A stretch of 64,000 nucleotides of DNA from the NCBI GenBank assembly GCA_016181005.1, contig JACPAE010000002.1, positions 123,682-187,681 of the forward strand, read 5' to 3'. A program made the translations under genes and the position numbers. This document shows positions 9,607 to 18,975 of this stretch, in pieces (within the stretch, counting starts at the first letter, position 1; each line of letters opens with the position of its first letter). The notes beneath the pieces were generated by a model. It was not told where the DNA came from and made no database searches. It worked only from the letters and a program-made list of their open reading frames with translations. The stretch is from Candidatus Aenigmatarchaeota archaeon (GTDB lineage: Archaea > Aenigmatarchaeota > Aenigmatarchaeia > CG10238-14 > SCSR01).

Positions 9607-10122
9607 ATGAAATTGTCTCCGAGATACAAAATGCCGTTCAAGAGAAGGCACGCCTACAAGACTGATTACAAGAAAAGGCTGAAGATGCTCAAGTCGAAAC
9701 TGCCGCGGCTTGTTGTGAGGAGAAGTTTAAAGTACATTACAGCTCAGATCGCCGAATACGAAAACAAGAGCGACAAAATAAGAGTGGCCGCAACCAGCAG
9801 GGAACTGAAGAAGTTGGGCTGGGAGTTTGCGTGCGACAACCTGCCTGCGGGATATCTGACAGGACTGCTGATCGGCAAAAAGTCGCTGTCTAAAAACATA
9901 ACACAGGCTGTTTTGAACGGTGGTCTTTATCCTTCCGTAAAAGGTTCGAGGATTTATGCTGTCGCCAAGGGAGCTATTGACGCTGGGTTGAAAGTTCCTG
10001 TTGATTCCGGAGTTATGCCTAGCGATGACAGGATAAAAGGCGGGCATATCAGCCACAATGAGAAATTTAAGAAGATGCCTGAGGAATTTGAAAAGGTTAA
10101 GCAGAGGATTTTGGGTGGATAA
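9607..10122 (+). CDS. rpl18: 50S ribosomal protein L18
   Basis: KTDYKKRL, PRLVVRRS, NLPAGYLTG, KGAIDAGL. Confidence 0.95.
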   Translation: MKLSPRYKMPFKRRHAYKTDYKKRLKMLKSKLPRLVVRRSLKYITAQIAEYENKSDKIRVAATSRELKKLGWEFACDNLPAGYLTGLLIGKKSLSKNITQAVLNGGLYPSVKGSRIYAVAKGAIDAGLKVPVDSGVMPSDDRIKGGHISHNEKFKKMPEEFEKVKQRILGG

Positions 10123-10878
10123 ATGAAGGCAGAGGAAGTTAAGAAAACAGAAGAGCAGAATGAAGTTCCTACAGAAGTGCCGGTTGTTGCACCAGAGAAC
10201 GTGCCCGTGACTACGGAAATTCCTCCATCGGAAGAGAAGGGAAAGGCCTGGACGCCGAAGACAATCCTAGGCAGGCAAGTCCTTGACGGGACGATAAAAT
10301 CTATCGACGAGATTATTTTATCCGGCAGAAAAATCATAGAGCCGGGAATTGTCAACCATCTTGTGCCGAACCTGCAGAGCGAACTTTTGCTTATAGGCGG
10401 AAGAACCGGGAAGGGCGGGGGCATTCAAAGGATTCCGATCAGGATAACTGCAAAGATGCACCGTTCAGGCAGGAGATTCAGGACGTCGTCAATGATGATT
10501 GTTGGAAATGGCGACGGGCTTGTTGGCGTAGGCAGGGCCTCGAGCAGCGAACCCAGGACTGCAATGGAAAAGGCGCTTAACAAGGCGAAGATAAGCATCA
10601 TAAGGATAAGGAGAGGCTGCGGGGACTGGGAGTGCGGCTGCGGCACCGAGCATTCGATTCTTTTCAAGACAAAGGGCAAGTCCGGCAGCGTACGTGTCGA
10701 GCTTCTTCCTGCGCCGAAGGGAGTCGGACTAGTTGCGGATAACGAATCGAAGAAGATCTTGAAGCTTGCCGGCATCAAGGATGTCTGGGTGAGGACGTTC
10801 GGCAACACTGCGAACAGAATCAACCTGATTTATGCGATGTTTGATGCGTTGAAGAATCTGTATGTTTACGAGAAATGA
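10123..10878 (+). CDS. rps5: 30S ribosomal protein S5
   Basis: WTPKTILG, RRGCGDWECGC, PAPKGVGL, LAGIKDVW. Confidence 0.97.
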   Translation: MKAEEVKKTEEQNEVPTEVPVVAPENVPVTTEIPPSEEKGKAWTPKTILGRQVLDGTIKSIDEIILSGRKIIEPGIVNHLVPNLQSELLLIGGRTGKGGGIQRIPIRITAKMHRSGRRFRTSSMMIVGNGDGLVGVGRASSSEPRTAMEKALNKAKISIIRIRRGCGDWECGCGTEHSILFKTKGKSGSVRVELLPAPKGVGLVADNESKKILKLAGIKDVWVRTFGNTANRINLIYAMFDALKNLYVYEK

Positions 10879-10881
10879 TAT

Positions 10882-11187
10882 TCATTTCTTAACGCTAAAC
10901 CAAACTTTTCCTACGATTAAATCTTTCTCGATAGCGCCGAAGTGCCTGCTGTCTTTGCTGAAATCCCGATTGTCTCCCACGACATAGAACTTGTCCGAAT
11001 TCGTTATTACTGAAATCCTCTTAAGCAGAAACATATCCCTTTCTATCGGATGCTTTATAACTACAACGTCTCCGCGCGAAGGCTTGGCGAACCTATATGC
11101 CATCTTGTTGACTAGGACATAGTCTCCAGCCTTGAAAGTAGGTTCCATGCTCTTATCCTGAACTTTGAATCGCAATATTGGAAACAT
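10882..11187 (-). CDS. sodX: Nickel-SOD maturation protease (S26 family)
   Basis: SMEPT, LLKRI, GDNRDFSKDSRHFG; immediately downstream of sodN. Confidence 0.9.
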   Translation of the reverse strand: MFPILRFKVQDKSMEPTFKAGDYVLVNKMAYRFAKPSRGDVVVIKHPIERDMFLLKRISVITNSDKFYVVGDNRDFSKDSRHFGAIEKDLIVGKVWFSVKK

Positions 11188-11225
11188 GAAATCATATGAT
11201 TACAAACGATTTAAATTGTTTTAAT

Positions 11226-11714
11226 TTACTTCTTTGATATCGGATACACCGTTTCGTTGCCGGTTGGATAAGGCGCCTTGAATCTGGTCGTGCCGTAGCC
11301 TTTGGTCTCCCAGAAAATCTCAGCTATCCTGTTGACATCTTCAAGCAGTTCTTCTGAAGCTTCCAAATTAACCTCCTGCCTCGCCTTTGACGCTGTTTTC
11401 ATAATTTTCCATACAAGCTCGTGCAATTCCGGATATTTCTGCACATGCTCAGGCTTGAAATAATCCCCCCACAGTATCCTGACTTCCTGCTTGCACAACT
11501 CCGCATGCTGCTCCTTCACAGCCGTGAACCTGGCAATTTTGTGCGGGTCTCCTTTAGACTCTTCGATAAGGCTAGTCATCCTTATCACGGTATGCGCGGC
11601 CATTTGTGCCATATGTGGATCGTAAATCCCGCACGGAATGTCACAATGCGCATGCGCTGTCTTTGCCGGAAAAATCTTGTTTAACTCATCAAGCAGATGA
11701 TGCAGAAAGGGCAT
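11226..11714 (-). CDS. sodN: Nickel superoxide dismutase precursor
   Basis: Propeptide followed by the Ni-hook HCDIPCGIYDP; ILWGDYFKPEH; FWETK. Confidence 0.97.
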   Translation of the reverse strand: MPFLHHLLDELNKIFPAKTAHAHCDIPCGIYDPHMAQMAAHTVIRMTSLIEESKGDPHKIARFTAVKEQHAELCKQEVRILWGDYFKPEHVQKYPELHELVWKIMKTASKARQEVNLEASEELLEDVNRIAEIFWETKGYGTTRFKAPYPTGNETVYPISKK

Positions 11715-11794
11715 AATTTACTTTAAACCTCGCACCTATTTAAAACTACGCAGCTCAGCTAATTATAAAAGCATTAATTTCCTAAAGAATCTAA

Positions 11795-12262
11795 GTGAAA
11801 CCTATGTTTGCTGTGGTGAGAATCAAGAGCGCGATTGACATGCGGAGAAGCGTGAAGGACACTCTGAAGATGCTCAGGCTGAACGAACCGAACCACTGCG
11901 CACTGGTTCCGAACAATACTTCCTACAGGGGCATGTTGGACAAGGTGAAGGACTTTGTCGCTTTCGGCGAGGTTGAGAAGGAGACTGTGGCTAGAATTCT
12001 TGAGAAAAGGCTGAGGCAAGAAGGCGGGAACAAACTTGATGGGAACACGCTAAAGTCGCTGACAAAATTCAACTCCAACGAAGAGCTTGCGGAAGCTTTG
12101 ATGCAGGGCAATGCAAAGTTGAGCAGTTTTAAAGGTTTGCAGCCCAATTTCAGACTAACGCCTCCTTCAAAGGGATTCAAAAACACGAAGGAGCATTATC
12201 CAAAAGGAGACTTGGGATACAGAGGGACTGACATAAAGGAATTATTGGAAAGGATGATGTGA
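11795..12262 (+). CDS. rpl30: 50S ribosomal protein L30
   Basis: AVVRI, DTLKMLRL, FRLTPPSKGF, GDLGYRG. Confidence 0.95.
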   Translation: MKPMFAVVRIKSAIDMRRSVKDTLKMLRLNEPNHCALVPNNTSYRGMLDKVKDFVAFGEVEKETVARILEKRLRQEGGNKLDGNTLKSLTKFNSNEELAEALMQGNAKLSSFKGLQPNFRLTPPSKGFKNTKEHYPKGDLGYRGTDIKELLERMM

Positions 12263-12696
12263 TGGTCGTAAGGAAGAGGAAGAAGCACAGCAGGTTCAGG
12301 GGAAATAGGCACTATCACGGCTCTCACAAGAACTGGAAGGGAGGTGGAAACAGAGGTGGCAGGGGACAAGCAGGGATGCACAAGCACAAGTGGACTTTTA
12401 CTGTCAAGTATGACCCGGACCATTACGGCAAGCACGGATTCACGAGGCACGCGCAAGTAAAGGAAATAAAAGCGATTAACCTGAAGGATTTGGACAGGAT
12501 AATCGACAGGCTTGTTGCCCAAAAATTGGCCGGGGAAGAAAATGGGAAGGTAAAAATAAATTTGCCGAAGATAGGTTATGACAAACTGCTTGGTTCTGGA
12601 AATGTCACAAGGCCTCTTATAGTTGAAGCCAAACAATTTTCCAAGAACGCGGTTGCAAAGCTGGAAAAGGCTGGCGGCAAGAGTGTTAAGTTATGA
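12259..12696 (+). CDS. rpl15: 50S ribosomal protein L15
   Basis: GNRGGRGQAG, YGKHGF, KLLGSG, KLEKAGG. Confidence 0.96.
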   Translation: MMVVRKRKKHSRFRGNRHYHGSHKNWKGGGNRGGRGQAGMHKHKWTFTVKYDPDHYGKHGFTRHAQVKEIKAINLKDLDRIIDRLVAQKLAGEENGKVKINLPKIGYDKLLGSGNVTRPLIVEAKQFSKNAVAKLEKAGGKSVKL

Positions 12697-14120
12697 ACGA
12701 GGAGCAGGCCCCGGAAAAAAAGGACTTGGCAAGAAGGCTTTTGAGTTTTTTCCCGGCAATTGCAAAGCCTGAATACAAGCACGGAATCAACACCAAATTG
12801 AAATGGACAGGAATCGCCCTTTTGTGCTACCTTCTTCTGTCATGGACGCCTGTGTTCGGCGTTGACAGAGAAGCGAGTTTCGAGCAGTTCAGGTTCCTGG
12901 AAATAGTCCTGGGCTCAAAATTCGGAAGCCTGATGACGCTGGGTATAGGCCCTATCGTCACAGCCGGTATCATAATGCAGCTTTTGGTAGGCTCCAAGAT
13001 AATCAACTGGGACACGACAAAGCCAGAGGGGAGGAAAAAGTTCCAGACATGGAACAAGCTGCTTGGAATTTCTCTCGCATTCTTGGAAGCAATAGTTTTT
13101 GTGATTGCAGGCGCGCTCCCTGTTACCGGAGGCGCTCCCATAATCGTTGCGGTTATTTTCCAGCTTGCGCTTGGCGGTATAATCGTCATCCTTTTGGATG
13201 AATTGGTAACCAAGTGGGGATTCGGATCGGGCATTAGCTTGTTCATAGCTGCAGGTGTTGCAACCCAGCTTTTCATCGGATTGCTCAGTCCTCTTGCTGC
13301 TGGCGGCAGGTATGCTGGAGGTATACCAGGCTTTATATTCGGCCTGCTTGAAGGCAACTCATACTCGGCAATGATTTACTTAATTCCTGTCATAACGACT
13401 GCCGTAATTTTGTCCATCGTGGTCTACGTGCAGCACATCAACGTTGAAATCCCGCTTTCATTTTCGAAAATCAGGGGCTTTGGCAGGCCTTGGGCTCTGA
13501 AGCTGCTTTACACGAGCAATATTCCTGTGATTCTTACAGCTGCATTGCTTGCCAATGTCCAGCTGCTTGCGAGAGTGGGGACTCACATCACGCCTGAAGG
13601 TCTGACTTGCGGCTTGCTCGGGTGCTTCGACCAGTCGAACAATGCACTAAGCGGGGCAGTATACTATCTTTCGGCACCGGGCGGAGGTAGCGTGTACAAC
13701 AGCTTTCTGATGGAAATCATCACAGGCACTTTGATACACACCGAGGTCTTCCGGGCGTTGACCTACATGCTTTTTCTGGTCATAGGCTCCGTCATATTTT
13801 CAGTCTTCTGGGTAAACACGGCAGGCATGGGAGCCTCCACAGTTGCAGGACAGCTTGGCGGTGCAGGCATGCAGATATCTGGGTACAGGCGCGACGATAG
13901 GGTCATGGAGTCTGTCTTGAACCGCTACATACCTGCGCTCTCTGTCTTGGGCGGCATAGCTATAGGATTGCTGGCGGCAACGGCCGATTTAATCGGGGCT
14001 ATAGGCACTGGAACTGGAATACTTTTAACTGTTATGATTATGTATAACTATTATGAGCAGCTGCAGCGCGAGAACTTGGACGAGGCGCATCCATTCATAA
14101 GGAAATTGGCGGGCGGATAA
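12693..14120 (+). CDS. secY: Preprotein translocase subunit SecY
   Basis: LGIGPIVTAGII, GSGISLFIAA, LLYTSNIP, GTGILLTV. Confidence 0.98.
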   Translation: MNEEQAPEKKDLARRLLSFFPAIAKPEYKHGINTKLKWTGIALLCYLLLSWTPVFGVDREASFEQFRFLEIVLGSKFGSLMTLGIGPIVTAGIIMQLLVGSKIINWDTTKPEGRKKFQTWNKLLGISLAFLEAIVFVIAGALPVTGGAPIIVAVIFQLALGGIIVILLDELVTKWGFGSGISLFIAAGVATQLFIGLLSPLAAGGRYAGGIPGFIFGLLEGNSYSAMIYLIPVITTAVILSIVVYVQHINVEIPLSFSKIRGFGRPWALKLLYTSNIPVILTAALLANVQLLARVGTHITPEGLTCGLLGCFDQSNNALSGAVYYLSAPGGGSVYNSFLMEIITGTLIHTEVFRALTYMLFLVIGSVIFSVFWVNTAGMGASTVAGQLGGAGMQISGYRRDDRVMESVLNRYIPALSVLGGIAIGLLAATADLIGAIGTGTGILLTVMIMYNYYEQLQRENLDEAHPFIRKLAGG

Positions 14121-14121
14121 C

Positions 14122-14610
14122 ATGGTCTTTGACGGGTTGATATCGGCATTCGCAACTTTGATGAACCCTGTGTTCTCACCTCTTCTAGTGTTCCATCCGG
14201 CAATTGCTCTGATGTTGTTTGCCGTTTTCATGAGCCTGGTTATATTCGGCATAAACAAGGTCATGATAGATAAGAAGGTGGCGAAAGATGTCAAGAACAA
14301 GCTTGCCGAAGTAAGGGAAAATTTGACGAAAGCCCAGAAGGAAGGTAGGAAGGAGGACATAAACAAGTTCCTGAACGAGTACATGAAAATAAACAACCAG
14401 TACATGAAGCAGATGTTGAAGGTTGTTGTAGTTTCGACTATTGTTGTAATTTTCCTGTTCCCGTGGGTTCCGGCAACTTTTGGCGACACCGCAGTTGCGG
14501 CCCTGCCATTCTCACTGCCGTTTATTGGAAGCGGCGCACATTGGATATTTTGGTACTTGCTTATTTCCCTCGCGTCAAGCTGGCTGCTGAGGAAGTTCAT
14601 AGGTGAGTAG
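14122..14610 (+). CDS. DUF106 / EMC3-TMCO1 family membrane protein
   Basis: TM, coiled coil, TM, then WIFWYLLIS; usual position after secY. Confidence 0.88.
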   Translation: MVFDGLISAFATLMNPVFSPLLVFHPAIALMLFAVFMSLVIFGINKVMIDKKVAKDVKNKLAEVRENLTKAQKEGRKEDINKFLNEYMKINNQYMKQMLKVVVVSTIVVIFLFPWVPATFGDTAVAALPFSLPFIGSGAHWIFWYLLISLASSWLLRKFIGE

Positions 14611-14850
14611 ATGAAGAAGGTTAAGAGAAGGACGCCGAAAGGAAGAATCAGCATTCAACGCAAGAGAGAAAAGCCGTCGGTTGCAAGATGCGCCACTTGT
14701 AAGATGCCGTTGCATGGAATTCCCAAGTTGACGCAGAATGAGAGGGGAAAGTTGGCTAAGAGCCAGAGAGTTCCTTCGAGGCCTTATGGCGGGAATTTGT
14801 GTGCAGACTGTTCGAGAGAAGTTTTTAGGGAAAGGACAAGAATAATTTAA
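14611..14850 (+). CDS. rpl34e: 50S ribosomal protein L34e
   Basis: RRTPKG, CATC..LHGI, RPYGGNLCADC. Confidence 0.95.
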   Translation: MKKVKRRTPKGRISIQRKREKPSVARCATCKMPLHGIPKLTQNERGKLAKSQRVPSRPYGGNLCADCSREVFRERTRII

Positions 14851-14863
14851 CAATAATGCTCTT

Positions 14864-15130
14864 TCATTGGAGGTGTGGATTGATGTACCTCTCGTATTCA
14901 TCTGCCTGTTCATCTACCCATTGCCGATAGGGATTCCTTATAAAGTCCTGGGATAGTAAGTGATCGATCAGCATCAAAATAGCAGCTGGGCTTAGTGTTT
15001 TGAAAATGCTGTATGGTATCTCATAATACTGTTGAAGTATTCCAGCACAGGGTTCAAGGCTGTCGCCGATTATTTTTTCTGTTTTTATGTAAGGTTTAGT
15101 ATACTCTATACCTATTCGAGAAATTTCCAA
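14864..15130 (-). CDS. Hypothetical protein (ORFan)
   Basis: TTG start at 15130 preceded by AGGTG and an upstream TTTATAAA; fills the gap between rpl34e and rpl14e. Confidence 0.5.
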   Translation of the reverse strand: MEISRIGIEYTKPYIKTEKIIGDSLEPCAGILQQYYEIPYSIFKTLSPAAILMLIDHLLSQDFIRNPYRQWVDEQADEYERYINPHLQ

Positions 15131-15177
15131 ACACCTGTGCTTTATAAACTTAATTAAACACAAAAAGATATAAAATA

Positions 15178-15537
15178 GTGAATTTTGTGGCAAGCATAGA
15201 ACCTGGAAATGTATGTGTCAAAATTACTGGACGGGAGGCCGGACAGTACTGCGTTGTGTTGAAGAAAGTCAACAATAGTTTTGTTCTGGTTACAGGACCC
15301 AAACAACTGACAGGAATTAAGAGGAGGCAGTGCAACATTGCCCATCTTGAACCGACGCAACACAGAATTGATGTGAGCTCAGATACAACAGACGAAGATG
15401 TGGTTGCCGCCTATGAGAAAGCCAATCTTGTCACTAAATTGAAGCTGAAAAAGCCTTCTGCCGGCGAGATGAAAGGAAGGAAATCGGAAGGCAAGTCTAA
15501 GGCTGAAGAAAAACCGAAGAAAGCGAAATCAGAATAA
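15178..15537 (+). CDS. rpl14e: 50S ribosomal protein L14e
   Basis: CVKITGREAG, FVLVTGPK, RRQCNIAHLEPT. Confidence 0.95.
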   Translation: MNFVASIEPGNVCVKITGREAGQYCVVLKKVNNSFVLVTGPKQLTGIKRRQCNIAHLEPTQHRIDVSSDTTDEDVVAAYEKANLVTKLKLKKPSAGEMKGRKSEGKSKAEEKPKKAKSE

Positions 15538-15559
15538 ATGGAATTTCCCAGTCTTAATT

Positions 15560-16516
15560 ATGTGGTTGGTTAAATCGGAAGATGCTACAAATTCCGAGTA
15601 CGGGAAATCGCCGAATGAAAGGACTGTAGGAGAATTGATTAAATCTTCTGTGATAATCGTTGACAAGAATGCAGGGCCGACTTCTCATCAAGTCACTGCA
15701 TGGGCAAAGAATATTTTTTCTGCAAAATTAGCAGGGCATGGAGGTACCTTGGATCCTGGCGTAACCGGCGTCCTGCCTGTGGCTTTAGATAATGCGACCA
15801 AGATTATGTCCGTGTTGTCCGGACTCGATAAAGAGTATATTTGCGTGATGCATTTGCACAAGGAAGTGCCGGAAGATGTTTTAAGGAAGACTATTTCGGA
15901 CAAATTCCTGGGAAAAATCAGGCAAACACCGCCTAAGAAATCGGCAGTTGAAAGAAGGGAGAGGGAGAGAACTATCCATTTTTTCGACATTCTGGAGATT
16001 GAAGGAAAGGATGTGCTGTTTAAAGTCGGCTGCGAAGCCGGAACTTACATAAGGAAACTTTGCGATGACATCGGGAGAACTTTAGGCACTGGAGCGCATA
16101 TGTCGGAACTAAGGAGGACGAAAGCTGGGAATTTCACTGAGGATGATGCACATTCGCTGGTTAGTGTGCGGGACGCTTTTGAGTTCTGGAAGAGCAACGA
16201 TGAAAAGAAGCTGAGAGCTATGCTGATACCGGCGGAGTATGCTATACCAAACGTGAAGAAAATCTTTGTGAAGGACTCTGCTGTTGATGCGTTGTGCAAC
16301 GGTGCACCCTTGTATCCCAGTGGCGCGGCAAGAATCCAGGAGGATATCGCCAAAGGTGAGACTGTAGCTTTGATGACATTAAAGGAAGAACTAATAGCTT
16401 TAGGGATAGCAAAGATGACAAGCGAGGAAATACTCAAGAGAAAGACTGGGATAGTGGCAAGAGTCGACCGGGTTCTGATGCAACGGGGAATCTACCCGAA
16501 ATGGAATAAAGCTTAA
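15560..16516 (+). CDS. cbf5: H/ACA pseudouridine synthase Cbf5 (TruB + PUA)
   Basis: GPTSHQV, GHGGTLDP, CEAGTYIRKLC, PUA domain. Confidence 0.96.
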   Translation: MWLVKSEDATNSEYGKSPNERTVGELIKSSVIIVDKNAGPTSHQVTAWAKNIFSAKLAGHGGTLDPGVTGVLPVALDNATKIMSVLSGLDKEYICVMHLHKEVPEDVLRKTISDKFLGKIRQTPPKKSAVERRERERTIHFFDILEIEGKDVLFKVGCEAGTYIRKLCDDIGRTLGTGAHMSELRRTKAGNFTEDDAHSLVSVRDAFEFWKSNDEKKLRAMLIPAEYAIPNVKKIFVKDSAVDALCNGAPLYPSGAARIQEDIAKGETVALMTLKEELIALGIAKMTSEEILKRKTGIVARVDRVLMQRGIYPKWNKA

Positions 16517-16541
16517 TAAGGCTAAAATACAGTGAGGATTT

Positions 16542-16829
16542 ATGAAAATTTCGGATATAAAGCCGGGAATGAGCGGGATAACTATAGAGGCCAAGGTTGT
16601 GGAGATTGGGGAGAGAAGGGATGTAAACACAAAATACGGTGTGAAGAGCGTTGCTGATGTCGTTATCGAGGATGAGACAGGGCAAGTAAAATTGTCGTTG
16701 TGGGAAAACCAGATTGATTCAGTTTCTGAAGGAGACACAATCTCAATCAAAGGGGCTTACGTCACTCAGTTCAGGGATACGATGCAGCTGAACATTCCAA
16801 GGACTGGCGGCATGGAAGTTCTCAAGTAA
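16542..16829 (+). CDS. Single OB-fold ssDNA-binding protein (SSB/RPA-like)
   Basis: MKISDIKPG, DETGQVKLSLW. Confidence 0.9.
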   Translation: MKISDIKPGMSGITIEAKVVEIGERRDVNTKYGVKSVADVVIEDETGQVKLSLWENQIDSVSEGDTISIKGAYVTQFRDTMQLNIPRTGGMEVLK

Positions 16830-16832
16830 ATC

Positions 16833-17171
16833 TTAAATTCTTATATCTGATTTAGAAAAACAAGCTTCTGGTAGTATTGCACAACCATCTACAAAATCTA
16901 AACCTCTTTCCTTTTCATACTGTTTGAAACGCTTTGTAACTTCTGCAGGCTCTATACCGTAGCTCTCTCCTAAAATTATCAATTGTCCATAGATTTCTGC
17001 TCGAGTGGGCTTGGCCAAAGTTATTACTCTCTTCAAAGTGTCAATTTCTTGTACCTTACTCTGCAATTGCGCGTTTAGACGGCTAACTTCAGTGTTTCTA
17101 CTATTATAACCTACCGTACCTGCATACAGCATAAGAGGTAGTAACATGTACGCTAAGAGAGACCTTGACAT
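16833..17171 (-). CDS. Hypothetical protein with N-terminal hydrophobic segment and coiled coil
   Basis: ATG at 17171 with TATA-like AAGCTTAAATAG about 21 nt upstream. Confidence 0.6.
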   Translation of the reverse strand: MSRSLLAYMLLPLMLYAGTVGYNSRNTEVSRLNAQLQSKVQEIDTLKRVITLAKPTRAEIYGQLIILGESYGIEPAEVTKRFKQYEKERGLDFVDGCAILPEACFSKSDIRI

Positions 17172-17289
17172 AATTATCAAGTAAACTGTGGCTATTTAAG
17201 CTTTCGTAGCTGAGGTCGCTAACCTATAAAATATCTTCCTTAACAATATTCTAGTAGGCTTAAGAGCTGATTTACGAGATGATGTGTAT

Positions 17290-17435
17290 GCCGAGGTCGC
17301 TCAATCTGGTGGAGCACTGGATAGCTTAGCTAGGTGAATCTTGAGTCAACAGGTTGTGATGATTGGTGATTGAAAGACAACCAGCGGGCGTAAAATAAGC
17401 GCAAGCCTATGTGGGTTCAAATCCCACCCTCGGCG
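17290..17435 (+). tRNA. tRNA-Ser(TGA) with two introns and possibly a third
   Basis: Acceptor GCCGAGG/CCTCGGC plus G73; anticodon stem CTGGT/ACCAG after removing ~18 nt (30/31) and ~33 nt (37/38); long variable arm; GTGGGTTCAAATCCCAC. Confidence 0.85.
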
Positions 17436-17556
17436 CTCTTAAAGATTTAAATACTTTGCATTCAAACTTTATCGCATGGGAAACACTTTACAGGGGGACT
17501 TGCTAGTTCTAACTGAATGGTTTCTCGATTAAACCAAAAATAAGGAGGTAACTACA

Positions 17557-17964
17557 ATGAGATTTGGTGGAAGAGGAGGTCCTGGAGGAAGACGATTTGG
17601 CGGAGGCCCTAGATTTGGCGGCGGACGCGATCGTGATTTCAGAGACCGACGCGACGATTTGCCCAAACCGGTAAAAGTCGGCGACGAGTTCGATGTCGAA
17701 ATAAAGGAAATGGGCTCGAACGGCGACGGCATAGCAAGGATAAACAACTTTGTTGTGTTCGTTAAAGGCGCTGGTATGGGTGAAAAGCCTCACATCAAGA
17801 TAACTGACGTGAGGAACAGATTCGCCATAGCTGAAAAAACTGACGGTTCATCGTCCACGGAAGAGGCTACTGAAGCGCCGAGCGTGGATGACGACGAAGG
17901 TGAAGGCGAAAGTGGCGAAGGAAACGACAAAGAAAGCGATGACGAAGACAGCAAAGAAGAGTGA
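17557..17964 (+). CDS. TRAM-domain RNA-binding protein with RGG-rich N-terminus and acidic tail
   Basis: PVKVGDEFDVEIKEMGSNGDGIARINNFVVFV. Confidence 0.92.
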   Translation: MRFGGRGGPGGRRFGGGPRFGGGRDRDFRDRRDDLPKPVKVGDEFDVEIKEMGSNGDGIARINNFVVFVKGAGMGEKPHIKITDVRNRFAIAEKTDGSSSTEEATEAPSVDDDEGEGESGEGNDKESDDEDSKEE

Positions 17965-18100
17965 CTAAGCACGCTTTCATTTTTTCTTTCTTTATTTTTT
18001 TTTGCCAAGTTCTTAAAATAATTTTCCTATTTCCTTTGCTGTTTCGGCGGGATTTTTCAAACTCCCTTAAAGAAATAAGCTACAACAACCAATTAAGAAT

Positions 18101-18814
18101 ATGGAGAACGAGCATAAAGAACTGGTTCTTACAACGTCGAGATTTTATTTCTTGGGAAACTATTTCATAGCGCTTCTAACGATTATTTTTCTTGTTCTGG
18201 CATATACTTCATTTAATTTTACATTCACGCTTACGCCGAAGAACCAGTCGGAACTGGTCTCAACGTTGGTTGTCCTAGGCATAGCTGCTATAGCGGTTGT
18301 GATGGTAGAGCAGCCCGAGTGGGAGAAATTCCGTACGAAGTTTTTCGTGACAATGAATGAGGTCGTCAAGGAAGAAGGCATCATACAGAAGGAGAGGGTC
18401 GTGCTGCCGTATGCGACTGTTGCTGACATCAGGGCGCAGATGGGATTCATGGGCCGGCTTCTCAACTACGGGACGGTGAGTGTAAGCTCGTTCAAACCCG
18501 GCAGTGACATGGTTATGAAGGGCGTGCGAAGACCTGAAAAAGTTCATATCATGATACAGAACCGTGTGAATATGCTAAGAGAAGGGCAGCTGCAGATGTT
18601 TGGCAAGAGAGAGGGAGGGAAAGGAGAACAAGCTGATGAGAAGATATACGAACTTGAGAACAAGAGGAGCGAGCTGGAGGAGATGATAGAAAAGACCAAG
18701 GAGTCGTTCTACAACAGAGAGATAGATGAAGGGCAATTCAACAGCACAGTGGAGAAATTCCAGCAGCAGATTATAGAGATTGACGTAAAGCTCAAGAAAT
18801 TGGGCAAAAAGTAA
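18101..18814 (+). CDS. Membrane protein with bacterial PH (bPH_2) domain and coiled-coil tail
   Basis: Two TMs; GRLLNYGTVSV; GVRRPEKV. Confidence 0.8.
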   Translation: MENEHKELVLTTSRFYFLGNYFIALLTIIFLVLAYTSFNFTFTLTPKNQSELVSTLVVLGIAAIAVVMVEQPEWEKFRTKFFVTMNEVVKEEGIIQKERVVLPYATVADIRAQMGFMGRLLNYGTVSVSSFKPGSDMVMKGVRRPEKVHIMIQNRVNMLREGQLQMFGKREGGKGEQADEKIYELENKRSELEEMIEKTKESFYNREIDEGQFNSTVEKFQQQIIEIDVKLKKLGKK

Positions 18815-18828
18815 CTTAACGATGGTTT

Positions 18829-18975
18829 TTGTCCCCGATAAATGCGGTGGCTGGAACTAGAGTAGATGTTATTTTAGACCACTTGAAAAAACTAGAAAAG
18901 GAAGGTAAAGTGTTAAAAGAACGGGAAGGCAAAAGATATATTTGGTGTGTAAATGCCCACAAATCAAGGACCTGA
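18829..18975 (+). pseudogene. Winged-HTH fragment
   Basis: VILDHLKKLEKEGKVLKEREGKRYIW (recognition helix plus wing), N-terminal helices missing. Confidence 0.4.
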
